Source: a virus (taxonomy: Duplodnaviria; Caudoviricetes). Taken from it: DNA of 42,148 bases. Position numbers and translations under genes: made by a program. The notes below the pieces were generated by a model that saw only the letters and a program-made list of their open reading frames with translations, searched no databases and was not told the DNA's origin. Positions 38,111-42,148 of this stretch are shown piece after piece. Position 1 is the first letter of the stretch. Each line of letters opens with the position of its first letter. The DNA lies in the IMG/VR virus record IMGVR_UViG_3300020434_000087, positions 1 through 42,148 of that record; one strand, given 5' to 3'.

Positions 38111-38638
38111 CTAATGTAAACATATACCCACCATCCAAGCACCGTTATACTTATCATACAATTGACTACCTTGATAATCTCCACGTATTGAACCAGATCC
38201 TCCAACATTTTGAGTTTGATGATTACAGATTGGTTCAAAGAAGAATGCCCCGTTATTACCAGTACTGGTCATTGAATTCCAAAAATGACATATACATCCT
38301 GAACACGCCGCACCACAATCACGTTGCTCACTCCAACACCATTCAAACCCACTAGAAAGACCATCCCAATAAAATCCAGCTTTGTTTGTTGCATCAACAT
38401 ATTTAGTACATTGATAATTGAAATTATAACCGCTACCTCGGCCACACATCTGTTGTTCCCCTAAAAATCCTCCTACTGGATTTCCATATACTTTTAAATG
38501 TGCAATAACTTTTGGTTTACATTTCCAGGTCTCATCAGAAAACGTTTCAAAATTATCATGAATCACTTCTTTAAAATTAATCATTAAAGTAGTTAGTGGG
38601 TGATCAACCCAACAATTATCTCCTATAAAAAATGCCAT
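38111..38638 (-). CDS. Cys/Gly-rich hypothetical protein, probably virion-associated
   Basis: 11 Cys in 175 aa; N-terminus MAFFIG. Confidence 0.7.
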   Translation of the reverse strand: MAFFIGDNCWVDHPLTTLMINFKEVIHDNFETFSDETWKCKPKVIAHLKVYGNPVGGFLGEQQMCGRGSGYNFNYQCTKYVDATNKAGFYWDGLSSGFEWCWSEQRDCGAACSGCICHFWNSMTSTGNNGAFFFEPICNHQTQNVGGSGSIRGDYQGSQLYDKYNGAWMVGICLH

Positions 38639-39892
38639 TTATGCTCCCAAAATAACTTTTATATTTTGTTCAGTTACATTACTAAAAGTTTTAAATCCTA
38701 TCTTTAATTTAACTTCATCATCCACTTCTAAATCTAATGCCCTGAAATAAAATGATCCCTTACCGTTAATTAACTCAATTTTATTTTTTCCCAAATATCC
38801 CATATTGGATTTTACATATACTGAAACATCTTTGTTTAATATTTTGCTTGATTCTGGTTCACCATCAACTTGAAGTGACTCATCCACCTGTCTAAGTAAA
38901 CTTATTGAAGATTCATCCATTCCCTCTGTAATTAAAATATCTCCATCCTCCATTAGTAACACATCATCCAAGTCTAATAATGAAACATTACCTTTAACAA
39001 TATCATCTCTAATAATTGTTTCTGGAATATTCACATATATAGTAGGTGTCGGTAAGGTTTGATAATTCAATAATGTATGGTCTTGTCTATAATACTTAGA
39101 AAAGGTTCCTTCTGGTTTATAAAATGTATTAAATGCATCTTCTGCTTGTTCTAGTTCAGAGGCTGTCCATCCTGTTTCTGTTTTTTGATATAATGGTTTT
39201 CCCCATGTTTTAACATAGAATGACGCATTAGTAAAGGCATCATCTTTATCAAATAAAAACATTCCCACCATTCTTTTTTGATGTTCAGACGTAGAATAAT
39301 ATGTTTTTCCTTCTTGCATTACAGTTATTACTGGTTTATAAACAAAATTTCTTCTGGCTTCATATCTATAACCTGTAGAATGACTTGCTTTTGTTTCCAA
39401 AAATAAATTGTATGGAGTATAAAAATTTTGACCAGCGAAACTATAATCAAATGCCCACATTGAACAATCTTGCCATTCAGGCATATTGGGTCCTATTTCA
39501 AATCCCTCATCCGGACTTTCCTCATTTCTATCAAAAACTGTAGTAAGAAGTTTTATTCCTGTCTTGTCCGCATTTCTTTTAATTTGTGCTCCACCAACAA
39601 ATTTAAACCATCTCCCTTGTTTATTTGAATCATCTGACCAAATATCTCCATTAAAAATATCATAAGTATCCCCCTCATTTATTCTTACATTATGTCTTTG
39701 CATAACATAATGTTCAGAACAATTATTAGCATAAAAATGATTAATCGGTGGAGTTGCCGCAGGATCTATAGGTCCATCCTCACCTTTAAAAACGTCTATA
39801 AACATTTTTACGGTTACAGTATCGGCGTCCACTTCAATCATAGGAAAAGCCATATCACTTAATGTTGGACTAAATTTTAATTGTTGTTTCAT
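38639..39892 (-). CDS. Hypothetical tail-associated protein with an Ig-like C-terminal segment
   Basis: C-terminal VYVKSNMGYLGKNKIELINGKGSFYFRALDL...KLKIGFK beta pattern. Confidence 0.65.
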   Translation of the reverse strand: MKQQLKFSPTLSDMAFPMIEVDADTVTVKMFIDVFKGEDGPIDPAATPPINHFYANNCSEHYVMQRHNVRINEGDTYDIFNGDIWSDDSNKQGRWFKFVGGAQIKRNADKTGIKLLTTVFDRNEESPDEGFEIGPNMPEWQDCSMWAFDYSFAGQNFYTPYNLFLETKASHSTGYRYEARRNFVYKPVITVMQEGKTYYSTSEHQKRMVGMFLFDKDDAFTNASFYVKTWGKPLYQKTETGWTASELEQAEDAFNTFYKPEGTFSKYYRQDHTLLNYQTLPTPTIYVNIPETIIRDDIVKGNVSLLDLDDVLLMEDGDILITEGMDESSISLLRQVDESLQVDGEPESSKILNKDVSVYVKSNMGYLGKNKIELINGKGSFYFRALDLEVDDEVKLKIGFKTFSNVTEQNIKVILGA

Positions 39893-39895
39893 ATA

Positions 39896-40705
39896 TTATT
39901 TTCCAATCATTAATTGAGCCTCTAAAGAATCAACCTTTTTCTGTAATTGTTTAATAGCAGATAATAATAATGGAACCATTCTCTCATATTTAATCGCCTT
40001 ATAATCACGGCTCCAAGAAGACTTTTTTACAATATCTGGTAAAACCTTTTCCACTTCTTGTGCTATTAAACCGGTATGCATTTCATCATCCGCCCCAAAT
40101 TCATCTTGTGCTTTTTTATTCCATTTGAATTCTACTGGATTTATATGTTTTAATCTCTCTAATCCATTATCAATAGTGCAATGAACATCTTTTAATCTAC
40201 CATCAGAAGAATTAGATTCTGTAATAACATCACCCGTTACACTCATATCTCCATTAAGATACACTTCATTAGGAGAACCCGCAGTGTAAGTCCAATTTGA
40301 AGTATCTTCCAAAAGTCCATTACCATCTACAATAGGAATTCTATTATCAGTAAGTGTTCCAGTTAATATTTTAACTCCGTGAAAGTGTAATCCACCACTA
40401 GGAGGCCCTGGTGATAAATTATATAATGAATTTGTAGTCGGGGTTGGAGCTGAAGCAGCTTCAATTACAAGAACAGTTTCTTCTGAAGTTCCACCAGACA
40501 CTGTTGTTCCCGTTACCGTCAAATCTCCTATAATATGAGCATTTGCTAAAAATACTCCAGTCGTATTTGCTGTCATAATATGACCAGTTCCCGTACCATC
40601 ATGATCACAATGTCCTACTGTAATACCGTGATCAGTATTAGCGATAGGTGCAGCAAATCTTAATTGATTTTGCCCTGATGAATGATGTGGTCCAAAATAA
40701 TTCAT
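39896..40705 (-). CDS. Short tail-fibre protein with peptidase S74 chaperone domain
   Basis: SSDGRLKDV, GLIAQEVEKVLPDIV, LLSAIKQLQ; LTDNRIPIVDGNGLLED fibre motif. Confidence 0.88.
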   Translation of the reverse strand: MNYFGPHHSSGQNQLRFAAPIANTDHGITVGHCDHDGTGTGHIMTANTTGVFLANAHIIGDLTVTGTTVSGGTSEETVLVIEAASAPTPTTNSLYNLSPGPPSGGLHFHGVKILTGTLTDNRIPIVDGNGLLEDTSNWTYTAGSPNEVYLNGDMSVTGDVITESNSSDGRLKDVHCTIDNGLERLKHINPVEFKWNKKAQDEFGADDEMHTGLIAQEVEKVLPDIVKKSSWSRDYKAIKYERMVPLLLSAIKQLQKKVDSLEAQLMIGK

Positions 40706-40706
40706 T

Positions 40707-41081
40707 TTACGTCATTTCCATTAATGTTAATGTTACATCCATAGATAATCCTGTTATACTAGATTTTATTTTTATTCCATCTGTTGCTTGTAATACTATC
40801 TTTTGTCCAGAAAAAAGTTCTAAAGACGTTGCTCTAGGAATTGGTACTGCTGGTAAAAGACAAGTATCATAATTAGTTTCAGTAACACCTCCACCACTAA
40901 CGTCCTTTGTTTCTGCTGTATTTGTTATCATATTCGCTGTGCAGGTCAAATCCGCTGTAGCATTTGTATTTGAAACCAACATTCCTAATACCACCGCAGT
41001 AGTGTCATCTGGACATTGATATACAAATGCTGATGTATTTGGTACATTCTGTACAGTTTTAACTTTAAATGTGTTTGCCAT
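40707..41081 (-). CDS. Conserved phage virion/fibre adaptor-like protein
   Basis: MANTFK start directly after a protein ending AIALG, a pairing recalled from marine phages. Confidence 0.7.
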   Translation of the reverse strand: MANTFKVKTVQNVPNTSAFVYQCPDDTTAVVLGMLVSNTNATADLTCTANMITNTAETKDVSGGGVTETNYDTCLLPAVPIPRATSLELFSGQKIVLQATDGIKIKSSITGLSMDVTLTLMEMT

Positions 41082-41084
41082 ATT

Positions 41085-42148
41085 TTATCCTAATGCTATT
41101 GCCAAAGCTGTTGCGTCATCAGTTCCTGCAAGTTGTTTTGTTTGATAGTGTAATCCGGATGAATTTGCCCATACTTTGTTTGTGGGTGTACCCAATGCAC
41201 CACCATATTGAGCGACCGTAATACCACTTTCAGTTACGGTACTACTATTTAATTGAGTTATTTGAGTTGTTCCCTGTAAAGTAGCGTTCGCACTTAATGA
41301 TGTCGTGAAGTCATCTGTATTTATTGTGATTGCTCCATCCCCAACGTTGAGGGCCAGATTAGTTGGTCCCCCATCTCCTGGAACATATAATGTTGCCACA
41401 TTTCCTACAGTAACATTAGCTTCCGCAATGTCAACTTCCGCAATGTCAAGTTTATCAATTTGACTAGTTACATATAATGTTGCTACATTTGCTACAGTAA
41501 TGTTTGCTTCTGGTGTAGTTACTTCAGTTGAAGTGAGAACAGTTCCATCGAAAGTTAGATTTGTACTATCTTCCAATTCACCACTAGTTCCCGCTAAAAC
41601 AACTCTACCGTCAGTTAAATCTGAAATCTTCGCAGTCGCTATAGTTGAATCAGTTGTAATATGTAACGTCGCAATATTAGCAACCGCTATATTCGCTTCA
41701 GGAACACATCCCATCCCGACGGGGGCTGGACTACCAGCAAGTCGAACATCTACATCTAAATTTTGTACTGTTGCTTTATTTGTAACATATGCTGTAGAAA
41801 CATTCGCTACTGTTATATTTGCTTCAGGAGTATGAAGTTTACTATTAATATATGCTCCATATCCTCCCGCTTCTACACAAAGATAATCAGTAATCCAAGT
41901 AGTTACTGTATTGGATACTGTAACATTAGCTTCTCCAATATCAACTTTAGTTATATCAACATCATTCATTACCGCACTACTGGTTGAATATAGTGTTGCC
42001 ACATTCGCTACTGTTACATTTGCTTCTACAATATCAACTTTATTCATTACCGCACTACTGGTTGAATATAGTGTTGCCACATTTACTACAGTAATATTTG
42101 CTTCAGCGAGGTCTACTTCATTAGAATTTATCCAAGCTCCACCTCTAT
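41085..42148 (-). CDS. Tail fibre-like protein; 5' end lies outside the window
   Basis: Frame is open to the right edge (RGGAWINSNEVDLAEANITVVNV...). Seven EANxxVxN repeats, LTDGRVVLAGTSGELED motif, C-terminal ALAIALG. Confidence 0.82.
   Translation of the reverse strand, partial: RGGAWINSNEVDLAEANITVVNVATLYSTSSAVMNKVDIVEANVTVANVATLYSTSSAVMNDVDITKVDIGEANVTVSNTVTTWITDYLCVEAGGYGAYINSKLHTPEANITVANVSTAYVTNKATVQNLDVDVRLAGSPAPVGMGCVPEANIAVANIATLHITTDSTIATAKISDLTDGRVVLAGTSGELEDSTNLTFDGTVLTSTEVTTPEANITVANVATLYVTSQIDKLDIAEVDIAEANVTVGNVATLYVPGDGGPTNLALNVGDGAITINTDDFTTSLSANATLQGTTQITQLNSSTVTESGITVAQYGGALGTPTNKVWANSSGLHYQTKQLAGTDDATALAIALG
41964..42083. repeat. Identical 42-bp direct repeat at 78-bp spacing
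   Basis: attcattaccgcactactggttgaatatagtgttgccacatt at 41964-42005 and 42042-42083. Confidence 0.9.

Noticed and set aside
560-41987. Remaining plus-strand ORFs and short nested minus-strand ORFs in the track
   Set aside because: They overlap well-supported minus-strand genes and show no recognisable motifs.
42078-42080. GTG start for the last ORF
   Set aside because: The frame stays open to the window edge with another EANITV repeat upstream.
1-42148. DGR, retron, CRISPR array, IS element or intron
   Set aside because: No reverse transcriptase, transposase, repeat-spacer array or interrupted gene seen.

Overview
AT-rich fragment of a large T4-like (myovirus-type) phage genome, probably aquatic or marine. 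Evidence: T4-type RNase H, a RuvC-like resolvase, a T4-type late promoter motif, phage bS21, a tRNA-Arg(UCU) and S74 tail-fibre chaperones. All credible genes are on the minus strand and tightly packed. In transcription order (right to left): (1) a tail-fibre block with two S74 autocleaving proteins, one carrying an unbroken 27-Cys (Cys-X) run, mostly Cys-Lys, directly before the cleavage site; (2) about 18 kb of modification enzymes: two radical SAMs, three flavin-halogenase-fold proteins, about nine 2OG-Fe(II) oxygenase-like proteins (several degenerate) and a GT9-like protein; (3) isocitrate lyase plus a purine uptake and salvage module; (4) T4-like replication and accessory genes; (5) host-interaction genes: HtrA, bS21, ASCH, an ACP-like protein lacking its Ser, a carbamoyltransferase and a polysaccharide-lyase lipoprotein. 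The best candidate novel system is a RiPP-like pathway that modifies or metal-loads a Cys-Lys-repeat fibre tip. All family calls come from motif recognition by eye; no searches were run.
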